Source: Longimicrobiales bacterium (lineage in GTDB: Bacteria > Gemmatimonadota > Gemmatimonadetes > Longimicrobiales > Gaopeijiaceae). Taken from it: DNA of 64,000 nt. The DNA lies in contig CAXXKM010000003.1 of assembly GCA_963664435.2 (NCBI GenBank), forward strand, positions 1,730,205 through 1,794,204, read 5' to 3'. The translations under genes were made by a program, and so were the position numbers. Shown piece by piece: positions 20,795 to 31,700 of this stretch. How positions within the stretch are numbered: position 1 is the stretch's first letter; every line of letters begins with the position of its first letter. Under the pieces are notes generated by a model. That model worked only from the letters and a program-made list of their open reading frames with translations. It was not told the origin of the DNA and ran no database searches.

Positions 20795-23700
20795 GCGCGC
20801 CCATCGTCGAGGAGCGCCCGGCACGGGATCGCGCGCACCGGACCGATCCCGACCCGCGGCCGCCGCCGGTCGACGAGGCCGAGCGCCAACGCGTGCGGAC
20901 CGAGCTCCGCACCAGCTTCCTGGTCGAGGCCGGCGCCGGCTCGGGCAAGACCACCCTGCTCGTGGACCGCATGGTGGCGCTGGTCGAGAGCGGTGCGGAC
21001 GTCGCCGGAATCGCGGCCGTCACCTTCACGCGCAAGGCGGCGGCGGAGCTCCGGGAACGGTTTCAGGTGGCGCTGGAGCGGCGGTATCGCGAGGCGCGCG
21101 CGGAACCCGAGGAAGCGGAAAAGACGACCGTGCTGCGGGAGGCCATCGACCGCATCGACCGTGCGTTCCTCGGCACCATCCACGCCTTCTGCGCGCGCCT
21201 GCTCCGCGAGCGCCCCATCGAGGCCGGCCTCGATCCGGAATTCCAGGAAGCGCAGGAGGCGGAAGCCCAGCTCCTCCAGGAACGCTTCTGGACGAGCTTC
21301 GTCGAGCGCATCATCTCCGACTCGGATCCCCTGGTTGAGCAGCTGGCGCGGGCGGGACTCCGGGTGGATCAGCTGCGCAAGGCGTTCGACCAGATGGTGG
21401 AAAACCTCGATGTCGAGTATCCCGCGGAGCCCGTCGCCGCGCCGGGGCCCGAGGAGGCGGACGTGGTACGCGGCGTGCTCGAGGAGCTGCTCGACCGAGC
21501 GCTAGCGCTGATCCCCGACGACGAGCCTGAACGCGGATGGGATCCGACCCAGCTGATGGTGCGATCCCTCCGCTACACGCGCCGTTTCCGGGGATGGGAC
21601 GACCTCGCGGCGCTGTTTGACGCGGCCGGCCAGATGGCTTCGAGGAAGGGCTTCACGCTCAACCGCTGGCCGCAGCCTACCCGGGAAGGAAAGGCCGAAG
21701 TCAAGCGGCTGAGGGACGATCTGGCAGCTCTGGGAGAGGACGAGAGCCCGATTCGCCGGCATCTCGACCGCTGGCTGGCGCACCGCTACGCGATGGCGAT
21801 CCGGCTGGTGCGGCGCGCGGCCCTCGAGTTCGCCGAAGAGCGCCTGCGCATCGGGCTGCTCAGCTTCCACGACCTGCTGATGCTGACGGCGAAGCTGCTG
21901 CGCGGCCATCCCGACGTGCGCCGGGATCTGGGGGAACGGTACCGCTACGTCCTCATCGACGAGTTTCAGGATACCGACCCCATCCAGGCGGAGCTGCTCT
22001 TCCTGCTCGCATCCGAGCCCGAGCCGCGGGCGGCGGATGCCGGACCTCGGCCGGACGACGACAGGCAGCCGGCGGGCCATCGGCGACCGCAGGCGGACGA
22101 CATCCCTCATCCGGACGACTGGCGCACCGTGATTCCGCGTCCCGGCGCGCTCTTCGTGGTCGGGGACCCGAAGCAGAGCATCTATCGCTTCCGGCGCGCC
22201 GACATCGCCGTCTACAACCAGGTGCGGGCCCGCTTCAGGGAGTTTGGCGCGGTCCTCCGGCTCATCACCAATTTCCGCTCGCGCCAGACCGTCGCCGACC
22301 TGGTCAACGAGGTCTTCGACCAGCCCGACCGCTTCCCCCGGGAGGAAAGCGACCGCCAGGCCTGCTTCGCGCCCATGGTGCCCTACCCGCGACCGTCCAA
22401 CGGGCCCGAGGGCTTGTTCGATTACTTCGCGCCCAAGGCCCGGCGCAATGCGGACGCGGCGCGCCTCGAAGCGGCGATGCTCGCGAGCTGGATCCGGGCG
22501 CGCATCGACAGCGGAGAGCGCGCGGCGGGCGACTTCCTGGTGCTCACCCGCAAGAAATCCCATCTCGACCTCTATGCGCGCGCATTGGAGGAACGCAACG
22601 TTACCATCGATGTGTCCGGGGCGCAGGCGGGGCCCGAAGAGGAGCTGCGCGAGCTCGTGCTGCTGCTCGAGACCCTGATCGACCCGGGCAATCCGGTGAA
22701 CGTCGTTGCCGTCCTCACCGGGCTCTTCTTCGGCATCGATCACGAGCAGCTGGCGCAGTACGCGCTCGCCGGAGGCAGGTTCGACTTCACCTCCAGGCCG
22801 CGTGACTGGGGTCGGGAAGGCGGGGGCGCTCCCGGCGGCATGCCCGATTCGGAGGCGGCGGAGGCGCTCAACACGCTGCACGAGTGGTGGAAGGAGAGCC
22901 GCCGGGAACCCGCCGACGTCGTCATCGGTCGCCTGGTGGACCGTCTGGGGCTCATGCCCTTCGTCGCGAGCAGCACGCTCGGGACGTTGCGCGCCGGCAT
23001 CCTGGCCTACGCGCTGGACTCGGTGCGGGCGGAGGCGCTGCGCGGCAACGCGTCGCTCGCGGGGGCGGCGGAGGCGCTGGAGGCGGCACTGGAATGGGAG
23101 GACGCGGAAGCACCCTTCGATCCCGGCCACGGCGACGCCGTACGGGTGATGAACCTGCATAAGGCCAAGGGCCTGCAAGGCACCGTGGTGGTTCTCGCCA
23201 ACCCCGTGCAGGGCGTCTCGCACACTCGATACCTGGATGCCCATACGCGCCGCACGGCGGAGGGTGGAGCGGAAGCGTTTGCCGTCGTCACCGCGCCGGC
23301 GGGTCCCTACCGTTCGTTGACGCTGGCGCAGCCACGCAACTGGTCCGCACTCGCCGAGGAGGAGGTGCGGTTCCTGGAGGCAGAGGAACGGCGCATCCTG
23401 TACGTGGCCTGCACCCGCGCGCGGGAGGAACTGGTCGTGGCGCGAAAGGGCGGCAAGTCCTGCTGGGGCATCTTCGACGGCTGGCTGGATCGGAACGCCG
23501 TGACCCTGCAGCTCACCGCCGACCAGCCGCAGTCGCGGGAGAAGATGGCTCGAGGCGTCGGGGAGCTGCTGGCGGAGACGGCAGCGACCGAAGCCGGGAT
23601 GGCCGAGGGAGCCCGCCCGTCGTACGAGTTCGCGTCCATCACCGAGCTGGCGAAGGGCGACGAAACGGATGCACGCGAGGACGACGGCGCGCGGTCGGCG

Positions 23701-24249
23701 CAGCCGGATGACCCCGTCACTCCGTCCGTACCGGATCGCACGACACTCCGGGGCTACGAGTGGGGCAGCGCCGTGCACGGGACCCTGGCGGCGGCGGCAC
23801 AGGGGGTCGAAGGCAAGGCGCTCGAGCTGGTGGCCCGGGCGCTTCTGGTCGAACACGAGCGTCCGCTCGACGAACACGGGGCGCCCGCCGAGCTGGGTGA
23901 ACTCATGTCGCTGGTCGCGGGGGTCCGGGAATCGGAGCTCTGGCGCCGTGCCGAGCAGGCCGACATGCGCCAGCCCGAAGTGCCCTTCGCCCTCGAGCGC
24001 CCCGCCGACAACGGCAGGATCCCCCGGGTGGTGGAAGGGGTCATCGACCTGGCCTTCCGCGAGGCCGGCGGCTGGGTGATCGTGGACTACAAGACCGACG
24101 TGGGCGACGATCCCGACTTCCCGCGCCGGCGGCGCGCCTATCGGCGCCAAGTGGACCTGTACGCGGAATGCTGGGAAGAGATCACCGGCGAGCCCGTCAA
24201 GGAAAGGGTGCTTCTGTTCACGACAATGGACGAGGAGGAGAGTTGGTGA
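20791..24249 (+). CDS. addA: AddA-like UvrD helicase/nuclease subunit A
   Basis: EAGAGSGKT, VTFTRKAA, TIHAFC, IDEFQDT, VGDPKQSIYRFR, NFRS, HKAKGL and YVACTRAR motifs; C-terminal GVIDL..IVDYKT. Confidence 0.9.
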   Translation: MSAPIVEERPARDRAHRTDPDPRPPPVDEAERQRVRTELRTSFLVEAGAGSGKTTLLVDRMVALVESGADVAGIAAVTFTRKAAAELRERFQVALERRYREARAEPEEAEKTTVLREAIDRIDRAFLGTIHAFCARLLRERPIEAGLDPEFQEAQEAEAQLLQERFWTSFVERIISDSDPLVEQLARAGLRVDQLRKAFDQMVENLDVEYPAEPVAAPGPEEADVVRGVLEELLDRALALIPDDEPERGWDPTQLMVRSLRYTRRFRGWDDLAALFDAAGQMASRKGFTLNRWPQPTREGKAEVKRLRDDLAALGEDESPIRRHLDRWLAHRYAMAIRLVRRAALEFAEERLRIGLLSFHDLLMLTAKLLRGHPDVRRDLGERYRYVLIDEFQDTDPIQAELLFLLASEPEPRAADAGPRPDDDRQPAGHRRPQADDIPHPDDWRTVIPRPGALFVVGDPKQSIYRFRRADIAVYNQVRARFREFGAVLRLITNFRSRQTVADLVNEVFDQPDRFPREESDRQACFAPMVPYPRPSNGPEGLFDYFAPKARRNADAARLEAAMLASWIRARIDSGERAAGDFLVLTRKKSHLDLYARALEERNVTIDVSGAQAGPEEELRELVLLLETLIDPGNPVNVVAVLTGLFFGIDHEQLAQYALAGGRFDFTSRPRDWGREGGGAPGGMPDSEAAEALNTLHEWWKESRREPADVVIGRLVDRLGLMPFVASSTLGTLRAGILAYALDSVRAEALRGNASLAGAAEALEAALEWEDAEAPFDPGHGDAVRVMNLHKAKGLQGTVVVLANPVQGVSHTRYLDAHTRRTAEGGAEAFAVVTAPAGPYRSLTLAQPRNWSALAEEEVRFLEAEERRILYVACTRAREELVVARKGGKSCWGIFDGWLDRNAVTLQLTADQPQSREKMARGVGELLAETAATEAGMAEGARPSYEFASITELAKGDETDAREDDGARSAQPDDPVTPSVPDRTTLRGYEWGSAVHGTLAAAAQGVEGKALELVARALLVEHERPLDEHGAPAELGELMSLVAGVRESELWRRAEQADMRQPEVPFALERPADNGRIPRVVEGVIDLAFREAGGWVIVDYKTDVGDDPDFPRRRRAYRRQVDLYAECWEEITGEPVKERVLLFTTMDEEESW

Positions 24250-25103
24250 GCCAACAGACGGACGTAGGCGCCCGCGCGGCGTCGGATGCCGCGGATCGAC
24301 GGGATCGCGCGGCGGCTTCGGGCGCGGATGGAGAGGCCGCGCCCGGTCGTGATTCCCTCCGCATCCGCATCATCGGCTGCGGCGACGCGTTCGGCAGCGG
24401 CGGACGGCTCCAGACCTGCCTGTGCGTGGAGTCCGACACCCGCCGCTTCCTGATCGACTGCGGCGCCTCGGCGCTCGTCGGGCTCAGGAAGTTCGGCGTG
24501 GATCCGAACGCCATCGACACCGTGCTCGTGACCCACATGCACGGCGACCACTACGCGGGCATCCCCTGGCTGGCGCTCCAGCGGGCGGCCGCCGGGGTGC
24601 GGCGGCCCCTTGCGGTCCTCGGGCCGAAGGGCATCTCCCGCCGCCTGCCCGGGCTGGCGGACCATCTCTTTCCGAGCGCGTCCCCGCGTCCGGACCGCTT
24701 CAACCTCGACATTCGCGAATACGCATCCTTTCGCCCCACGGCCCTGGCGAGAGGCTGGCCCGGCGGCGTGACCGTGACCGGCTACCCCGTGTCCCACGTG
24801 CCTGCCACCAACCCGCACGCGCTGCGCATCGAGGCCGCGGGCAAGGTCATCGCCTTCTCGGGCGACACGGCCTGGGATGACCGCCTGATCGACGCGGCCG
24901 CCGGCGCCGATATCTTCATCTGCGAGGCCTGGAGCCTGCGGCCTGCCGCCCCCGTCCACCTGGACATCGAGACGCTGCGCGCGCGCCGCGCGGACCTGGA
25001 CTGCGCGCGCATCATGCTCACGCACATGGGCGACGATGTGCTGGCGGCTCTGCCCATCGAGGGCTTCGAGGCCGCCGAAGACGGGATGGTGGTCGAGGTC
25101 TGA
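24246..25103 (+). CDS. Metallo-beta-lactamase fold hydrolase (RNase Z/BN-like)
   Basis: GCGDAFGSGGR, THMHGDHYAG, FSGDT and LTHMG motifs; overlaps the addA stop. Confidence 0.85.
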   Translation: MSQQTDVGARAASDAADRRDRAAASGADGEAAPGRDSLRIRIIGCGDAFGSGGRLQTCLCVESDTRRFLIDCGASALVGLRKFGVDPNAIDTVLVTHMHGDHYAGIPWLALQRAAAGVRRPLAVLGPKGISRRLPGLADHLFPSASPRPDRFNLDIREYASFRPTALARGWPGGVTVTGYPVSHVPATNPHALRIEAAGKVIAFSGDTAWDDRLIDAAAGADIFICEAWSLRPAAPVHLDIETLRARRADLDCARIMLTHMGDDVLAALPIEGFEAAEDGMVVEV

Positions 25104-25190
25104 TCATCACCGCAGGCGTCTCGCCGGGTGCCGTTCTGGTACCGGGACCCTCATCCAGCGGCCACCGGGACGCTGCCGAGGCCCATGGCG

Positions 25191-25511
25191 TTACCGCGGG
25201 ACCGCATCGCGCGCCCGAATGTCCTCCCGCCATCCGCGTTCCCTTCGCGCTCGCGCAAGCTCGTAGCTCGCCTGCATCCGCATCCAGTGATCGGCGGTAC
25301 CCCAGCCGAGGGCCTCCAGCGCCAGCGCCATGTTCGCCGAGACGCCGGTCTTGCCATTCAGCAGTCGCGACAGGGTCCCCCGCTCGCACCCAAGGTGCGT
25401 CGCCGTCTCGGTGACGTTCCATCCGACCTCGTCCATGCTCTCACGGATCAGTTCGCCCAAGTGCGGGGGATTCAGCATCGCACCCACGCGCTCACCACCT
25501 GTGCCGTTCAT
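25191..25511 (-). CDS. higA: HigA family antitoxin (HTH)
   Basis: PPHLGELI, TLSRLLNGKTGVSANMAL and WMRMQASYEL motifs; downstream of the toxin. Confidence 0.9.
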   Translation of the reverse strand: MNGTGGERVGAMLNPPHLGELIRESMDEVGWNVTETATHLGCERGTLSRLLNGKTGVSANMALALEALGWGTADHWMRMQASYELARARRERGWREDIRARDAVPR

Positions 25512-25529
25512 GATCTGTCCTCCTTCCCT

Positions 25530-25802
25530 TCAGTGGTAATCTACCAGATCCACGTCGACGGCCTCGCCGTCCTCGAAGCGGAACACCACGCGCCAGTTGC
25601 CCGACACGCGCACGCTCCATTGGCCTGCCCGGTCTCCCTTCAGCGGATGCAGCCGGAAACCGGGCGCGTCCGCGCTCCTGGGATGCGTCGCTTCCTGCAG
25701 CCGGAACAGGATGCGCCGGAGGCGCGGCACCAGTTGCGCTGGGAGCCGAGCCCGGGCATCCCTCTCATGGAGTGCCCGGAGTTCCTTGTGTCTGATCTTC
25801 AT
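25530..25802 (-). CDS. higB: HigB family (RelE/ParE) toxin
   Basis: KIRHKEL, PGFRLHPLKGDRAGQWSVRVSGNWRVVFRF and VDLVDYH motifs. Confidence 0.9.
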   Translation of the reverse strand: MKIRHKELRALHERDARARLPAQLVPRLRRILFRLQEATHPRSADAPGFRLHPLKGDRAGQWSVRVSGNWRVVFRFEDGEAVDVDLVDYH

Positions 25803-25809
25803 GGGTTAC

Positions 25810-25828
25810 TGTAGCGCGTCGCGCTACA
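25810..25828 (-). promoter_or_regulatory. Palindromic operator overlapping a putative -10 box of higBA
   Basis: tgtagcgcg-t-cgcgctaca perfect 9-1-9 palindrome; minus-strand TACAGT lies 5 nt before the higB ATG. Confidence 0.65.
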
Positions 25829-26095
25829 CGCCGCTAGCGGCTACTCGACGACAGGCGGAGCCGCACGGTGAGAGACCCGAAAGGTGCTCGAACAAGGGTA
25901 CCTCCGGCGGTTTCCCGCGTTCGTCGCGAGCCGTGCTATACAGACTCTCGAAGGCTACCCCAGGTTTACCTCCGTTCTCGACCAGGGAGAGCCAACAGAA
26001 TCCGTCCTGGCTCGGCGGAAAAAATGGTAGGGACCTCAGCACCGATGATCCCGTAACCTATTTCCAGTAAATAGGTTATGATGTACAGTAGGTTA

Positions 26096-26266
26096 GCCGC
26101 TCTGGTACCGGGCCAGCGCGCGATGCGGCAGGAGATGGGCAAGCTCGGAGACCGCATGAGTCGGCTCGAAGAGCGAATGGCCCGGCTCGAAGGCTGGCTT
26201 GGTGGTTTTCTCCAGGGGAAGCGGGAGGCGGACGTCCAACAGCTAGAACGGCGCGAATCCCGGTGA
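26096..26266 (+). pseudogene. 3' part of a small membrane-anchored coiled-coil gene, apparently split by the higBA insertion
   Basis: ALVPGQRAMRQEMGKLGDRMSRLEERMARLEG heptads; a matching 5' fragment IITAGVSPGAVLVPG is at 25103-25147. Confidence 0.5.
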
Positions 26267-27880
26267 CCCGAAGCGCTCCATCGAGAGGTGCTCGGCGATC
26301 GGCCACGCATAGGCCGCGATGACGAGGATGGCGGCGACGGTAAACCACAGGCCGAACCGATCGAGGATGGGCGCCCTGCCGTTCTCGCCCTGGAGCGGTT
26401 CGGCGAACTCAATGGGTTCGGGATCGATCCTCCTTCCCGCCAGGCCGGTCCCGAGCATCACCGCCACGTAGCACGCGGCGCTGATGAACAGCAGGATGCC
26501 GCCGACCGCGGAGATGCCGGTGCCGGCAACCCACTGCTGGGCGATCTCGCTGCCTCCGTAGCTGGCGTCGTACACGCGCCGCGGCATGCCGGCCAGCCCC
26601 GTCAGGTGGTTGGCGATGGAGAAGAGCAGCATCCCGCCGAACCACAGGTAGGGCTGGATGCGCGCCAGGAGCGACAGCTCGAGCTCGCGGCCCGTCAGCC
26701 GGGGCATGAGGTAGTACGACGTGCCCATGAAGGTCAGCGCGACCGCGGTCCCCACCGTCAGGTGGAAGTGTCCCTGGATCCAGGCGGTGTTGTGCACCAT
26801 GGCGTTCATGCCGTACGCCGCGTTGATGGCGCCGCCGAAGCCGCCCACGGCGAACATCAGCATGGCCAGCGCGACGCTGGAGAACGCCGGATCGCCCCAG
26901 GGAAGCTCCTCGAGCCAGTTGAGCAAGCCCCTGGCGCCCTTCATGCGGCCCGCGATCTCGAACGACGCGATGACGGTGAAGGCGGTGACGAAGCTCGGGA
27001 AGAGAATCAGTTGCGTGTTGAAGGTGTGGAAGAGCTTCCAGCCGGCCTGCACGCCGGGATCCAAGAGCTGATGGTGGAAGCCCACGGGCGTGGACAGCAG
27101 GATGAACAGCACGAACGCCAGCCGCGCCAGCGGATCGCTGAAAAGCTTCCCGCCCGCGATCCTCGGCGTGATGGTGTACCAGATGACGTAGGCCGGCAGC
27201 AGCCAGAAGTAGACCAGCGGGTGGCCGAACCACCAGAAGAGGATGCGCGCCAGCAGGGGGTCGATGGTGTCGACGATGCCCAGCGACCAGGGGATCAGCA
27301 GGATCAGCACCTCCGCCGCCACGCCGATGGTGGCCAGCACCCAGACGATGATCGTGGCGAGCATGCCGTGCACGGGGAGCGGCGTGCGCACGCCCGGATT
27401 CTCCTTCTTCCAGACCATCCAGGTGCGCGCCATCACCCAGCACCAGCCCCACGAACCGACGATCAGGAGCGCGGCGCCGATGTAGAACAGGGGGTGGGCC
27501 ATCAGCGGAGGATAGAAGGTGTAGAGCACCGACGCCTCGCCCCACAGGATGGTCCAGGCGGACATCGCGGTGCCGGCGAGCGCCACCCACCAGGAAGCCC
27601 AGGCCAGCTTCCTCGGGACGATGGGCCGGCCCAGCGCGCGCTCGGCCACCACATAGCCGAAGCCCATGATGAAGAAGGTGGTGAACACGAGCGCCATCAG
27701 GACGCCGTGCGCCGTCACCGACATGTAGTAGACGCCCGCGCTGCGGAACGGCAGGTCGAGGTTGGCCCGCGAGAGCGACTGCATGAACGCCATCCCGGAG
27801 GCCGCCGCAAAGGCCGCGATGGCGACCCACAGATTCGCGAGCGCGAGCTTCCGGGCCGCATGCTTCCCGCCCCCGGTCAT
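26243..27880 (-). CDS. cbaA: ba3-type (B family) cytochrome c oxidase subunit I
   Basis: TAHGVLMA, WWFGHPLVYFW, PVGFHHQ, VHNTAWIQGHFHLTVG and GMPRR motifs. Confidence 0.92.
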   Translation of the reverse strand: MTGGGKHAARKLALANLWVAIAAFAAASGMAFMQSLSRANLDLPFRSAGVYYMSVTAHGVLMALVFTTFFIMGFGYVVAERALGRPIVPRKLAWASWWVALAGTAMSAWTILWGEASVLYTFYPPLMAHPLFYIGAALLIVGSWGWCWVMARTWMVWKKENPGVRTPLPVHGMLATIIVWVLATIGVAAEVLILLIPWSLGIVDTIDPLLARILFWWFGHPLVYFWLLPAYVIWYTITPRIAGGKLFSDPLARLAFVLFILLSTPVGFHHQLLDPGVQAGWKLFHTFNTQLILFPSFVTAFTVIASFEIAGRMKGARGLLNWLEELPWGDPAFSSVALAMLMFAVGGFGGAINAAYGMNAMVHNTAWIQGHFHLTVGTAVALTFMGTSYYLMPRLTGRELELSLLARIQPYLWFGGMLLFSIANHLTGLAGMPRRVYDASYGGSEIAQQWVAGTGISAVGGILLFISAACYVAVMLGTGLAGRRIDPEPIEFAEPLQGENGRAPILDRFGLWFTVAAILVIAAYAWPIAEHLSMERFGSPGFAPF

Positions 27881-28455
27881 CGGTCACCCTCCGTCCCGGC
27901 CGGCGCCCCCTCGGTCTCGGCCGCCGCCCCCTCGGTCCCGGCCGGCGCGCCGTCCTCGCCATCCGACGACCCCGACGGCCCCGGCATGTCCTCGACGATG
28001 AGCGTCGCCGACATCACGTGATGGCCGACCCCGCAGTACTCGTTGCACACGATGAGGTACTCGCCGGCCCGGTCGAACCGGGTCGTGAACTGGCTCACGT
28101 AGCCGGGCACGACCATCGTGTTGCCGTTCGTCTGCACGATCTGGAACCCGTGGATCACGTCGGGGCTCGTCATGCGGAACGTGATGTCCCGTCCGCGCGG
28201 CACCCGGATCTCCAGGGGCAGGAACGCGAACATGAAGGCCTGGATCACGACCGTCGCGGTGCCGTCCTCATGCAGCGTGACGCCCGGGCTGCCGAATTCC
28301 TCGTCGGTGCGCACCGACGCCGGATCGATGGTTTCGACGTGGCTGGGCGGCTGCATGGCGCGCCCGACCGTCGTGTAGCCCATCGCCGCCAGGAAGACGA
28401 CGATGATCCCCGCCGCGGCGTACATCCAGATCTTCTCGTACAGATCCACGTGCAT
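27877..28455 (-). CDS. cbaB: ba3-type cytochrome c oxidase subunit II (CuA)
   Basis: Single TM helix; SPDVIHGF and CNEYCGVGHHVM motifs. Confidence 0.92.
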   Translation of the reverse strand: MHVDLYEKIWMYAAAGIIVVFLAAMGYTTVGRAMQPPSHVETIDPASVRTDEEFGSPGVTLHEDGTATVVIQAFMFAFLPLEIRVPRGRDITFRMTSPDVIHGFQIVQTNGNTMVVPGYVSQFTTRFDRAGEYLIVCNEYCGVGHHVMSATLIVEDMPGPSGSSDGEDGAPAGTEGAAAETEGAPAGTEGDR

Positions 28456-28462
28456 GGCCGCC

Positions 28463-28648
28463 TCACTCGGTCAGGGGACCCCGGGGCACGAACACCCCGA
28501 AGTACATGATCAGCCAGCCGATGACGAACAGCAGCCCGTAGATGCCGACGATGGCGAGGGTGCCCCTTGGGTGACCCCCGACATCGACGGGCTCGTCGAG
28601 TGAACGATCGGGTTGATCGTCCGAACGATTCGGTCGATCGTCGCTCAC
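28463..28648 (-). CDS. cbaD: ba3-type cytochrome c oxidase subunit IIa
   Basis: HPRGTLAIV...W...YFGVFVPRG single helix; upstream of cbaB with GGAGG RBS. Confidence 0.75.
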   Translation of the reverse strand: MSDDRPNRSDDQPDRSLDEPVDVGGHPRGTLAIVGIYGLLFVIGWLIMYFGVFVPRGPLTE

Positions 28649-28775
28649 GGATCCTCCGAGTCCCGCGGACGGTTCGGGAAGCGTGAAGTGGCCTGCTCCC
28701 ACACGGTACGGATTAATACAACTCGTCAACCGAGCCGGGTCCCTGTCCGGGAGACGGCCATGGTCAACCGCCCCT

Positions 28776-31700
28776 CTAGAACCTCATCCTCGCCCCCACC
28801 TGCGCCCTCCGCGTGTCCCCGAGGCCGCTCCTGATCGAGCCGTCGAAGTTGAAGAGCAGGGAGCCGTGGGCGGTGTCGAGGAAGTTGTCCTGGTTGGTGG
28901 CGTTGAAGACCTCGAACACCGGCTCGAGCACCATTCCGCCGCCCAGCACGAACTCCCGGGAGACGCGGAAATCCCAGGTGAAGAAGGCGTTGTCGCGGCG
29001 CAGGGTGTTGCGCTGGAGCACGGATCCGTCGGCGCAGATGCGGTCGGCGGGTTCGGCGGCGCGTTCGCCCGGACTCGCGCACTTCGCCGAGACAGGTGAC
29101 GCGCTGAGCAGCCGGAACATGTGGGACGCGTTGACGCCGCCCGGGAGCGAGAACACGAAGTAGCCGTTGAACTGGTGGCGCCGGTCGCGGTCCGACCAGC
29201 CGTACTCGGCGTCCAGGTTGCGCGGATCGGCGTAGCGGTAGGTGAACGGGTCGCGCTCGTTGTCGTCGTCGGAGCGGTCGAACCCCAGGGTATAGTTCAC
29301 GTCGTAAGCGAAGCCGCCGGCTTCGCCCTGGCCGCGCAGCCCCAGCGTCAGCCCGTGATAGCGTGAGCGCGCGCTCGACTCACCGACGGTCAGCGCGTTG
29401 ATGCCCCCGCCCGACGGGTGCGTGCCGATCCCGAAGGGCGACCCCAGCGCGGCGGCGTTCCGGTCGACGAAGCGGAAGAGGCCGTCGGTGCGTGCGTGCT
29501 GCCAGGAGACGCTCGCGGTCACGACGGAGGTGAGCGCCCGCGTCGCCTCCGCCCCGAACGACCAGGTGCGCGGCAGCTCCAGATTCCTGTCCGCGACCTG
29601 GATGTCGGGCAGGAAGGGCGCGGCCGCGGACCCGTCGATCTGCTCGTCGATGGCGGGCACCGGCCCCAGCACGGCCGCGTCGGCGCTGCTGCGGAAGAGG
29701 ATCTGCTGGAAGGCCCCGTTGGTGGTGCGGTACTGGGCGAAGACGAGCCCGGGGATGCGCGCGTTGTAGGCCCCGGCGTTGAGCCGCACCACGGTTCGCC
29801 CGCCGTCCACGTCCCACGCGAGCCCGAAGCGGGGCTGGACGTTGTCGAGATCGTCGGGGATGGCCCCGTCCGAAGGGAATCGCGGGTCGCTCAGGTACGG
29901 CGCGTAGAAGGTCTCCTCGGGCCGGATGAAGACGTCGGGATGCCAGGCTCCCTCCCAGCGCACGCCCAGGTTCACCGTCAGGCGGTCGCTGGGCTTCCAG
30001 GTGTCCTGGAGAAAGAACGCCAGCTCGTGCGTGAGCATGCTCTGGAGGCCCAGTTCGTCGGCGGGCACGCCGGGGACGGTTGCCGACTGGAGGTAGAGGA
30101 GCACCGGCCCCGTGACCGAGCTGTCCGCCGGGCACGCGCCGGACGTGCTGGCCGAGCCGTCCGAGCAGGTCACGTAGCCGCTGCCGTGGGTCGCGAAGCC
30201 GATGAAGCCATCCACGGAATCGAAGATGTAGCGGCTGTTGGCGAAGCCGATGAACTGCTGCTCCACGGAGGTGCGGTTGTATTCGACGCCGGCCTTGAAG
30301 AGATGGGCGCCCGACAGCCAGGAGACGTTGTCGACCAGTTGCAGGCGCGTATCGTACCCCGGATCGATGGGCAGGAAGAAGGGGAGGCCGATGCGGAAGC
30401 CGTCGGCGAAGTCCATGCCGATGTCGGGAAACGGGCGCCCCCCGAGCCGCGCGAACTGGGGCGGCCCGGGAAGGCGTGCCCCGGGGATGAGCGGCCCCCC
30501 GTACCAGCGCGGCCGGTCCTCGCCTGCCCACTGGAAGCGGAACTCGTTGGAGACCGTGTTGCCCAGCAGCGAACGCAGGCTCGCGTTGACCGCGTGCGAG
30601 TAGTCGCGCTCGATGCCGTTGGACGAAAGCCCCCACGAATCCACATCGAAGGTGCCGTTCACCTGTTCCGACCAGGTGTAGTTGTACTTGAAGGACGCCT
30701 GATGCCGCTCGCCTGCGCTGACGTCCAGCTTGGCGATGAGCGCGCGCGCGTCGTCGGTGCGCTCGATGGGGCCGAATTCATCATCGAAGAGCCCCGGCCA
30801 GCGCGACTGCAGGAAGCCGTCCAGCCTGCGCAGGTTGGCTTCGCTGTTGACCAGCCGCTGCTGCTGCTTGGTCTCGCTGGAGCTCTGCTGATCGTAGGCG
30901 ATGAAGAAAAAGGCCCGGTCGCGCACGATCGGCCCGCCCACGGTGAACCCGAACTGCCCCCGGCCGAAGTCCGGCTTGGCGCCCCCGCGGGCCTCCGGAT
31001 ACGCAGCCGAAATCGCGTCCCACTGGCCGTAGTAGTGGGCCGTCCCGGTGAAATCGTTGGTGCCCGACCGGGTGACGACGTTCACAAATCCACCCGCCGA
31101 GCGCCCGAACTCCGCGGTGGCGCCCTGGTTCACCACAACCATCTCCTCGATGGCGTCCTGGTTGAAGGTGAAGGCGGGACGCTGGCCGCCCCTCTGCTCG
31201 CCGAAGAAGGCGTTGTTGAAGTCGGCGCCGTCGACGATGAAGTTGTTGAAGATGCCGCGCTGCCCGCTGACGTTCAGCTCGTCGCCGTCCGGGCCCTGCG
31301 AGATCGACACGCCGGGGGTCAGCAGGGTGAAATCGAGGAAGTTGCGGCCGTTCGATGGCAGCCCGTCCACGACCTCCTCCGAGAAGCGCTGCGAGCTGGT
31401 GACGTCTTCGGTGTCGAGGAGCACATCGCGCTCGCGGGTGACGGTGATGCCCTGGAGCTCCACCGGCGCGAACCCAAGCGAGAGCAGGAGTGTCTCGCCG
31501 ACCCGGAGCACCAGCCCTTCCCGGCGATCGGTCCCGAACCCGTCGGGTGCGGTCGCGGTCACGTCGTAGGTGCCGAGCGGGAGCAGGGTGCGGGCGAAGG
31601 TGCCCTCGGCGGTGGTCTCCACCGTGGTGCGGAACCCGGTCTCCCGGTGCTCGATGAGAACCACGGCGCCCGCGACGGGGGTGCCGGCGGGATCGCGGAC

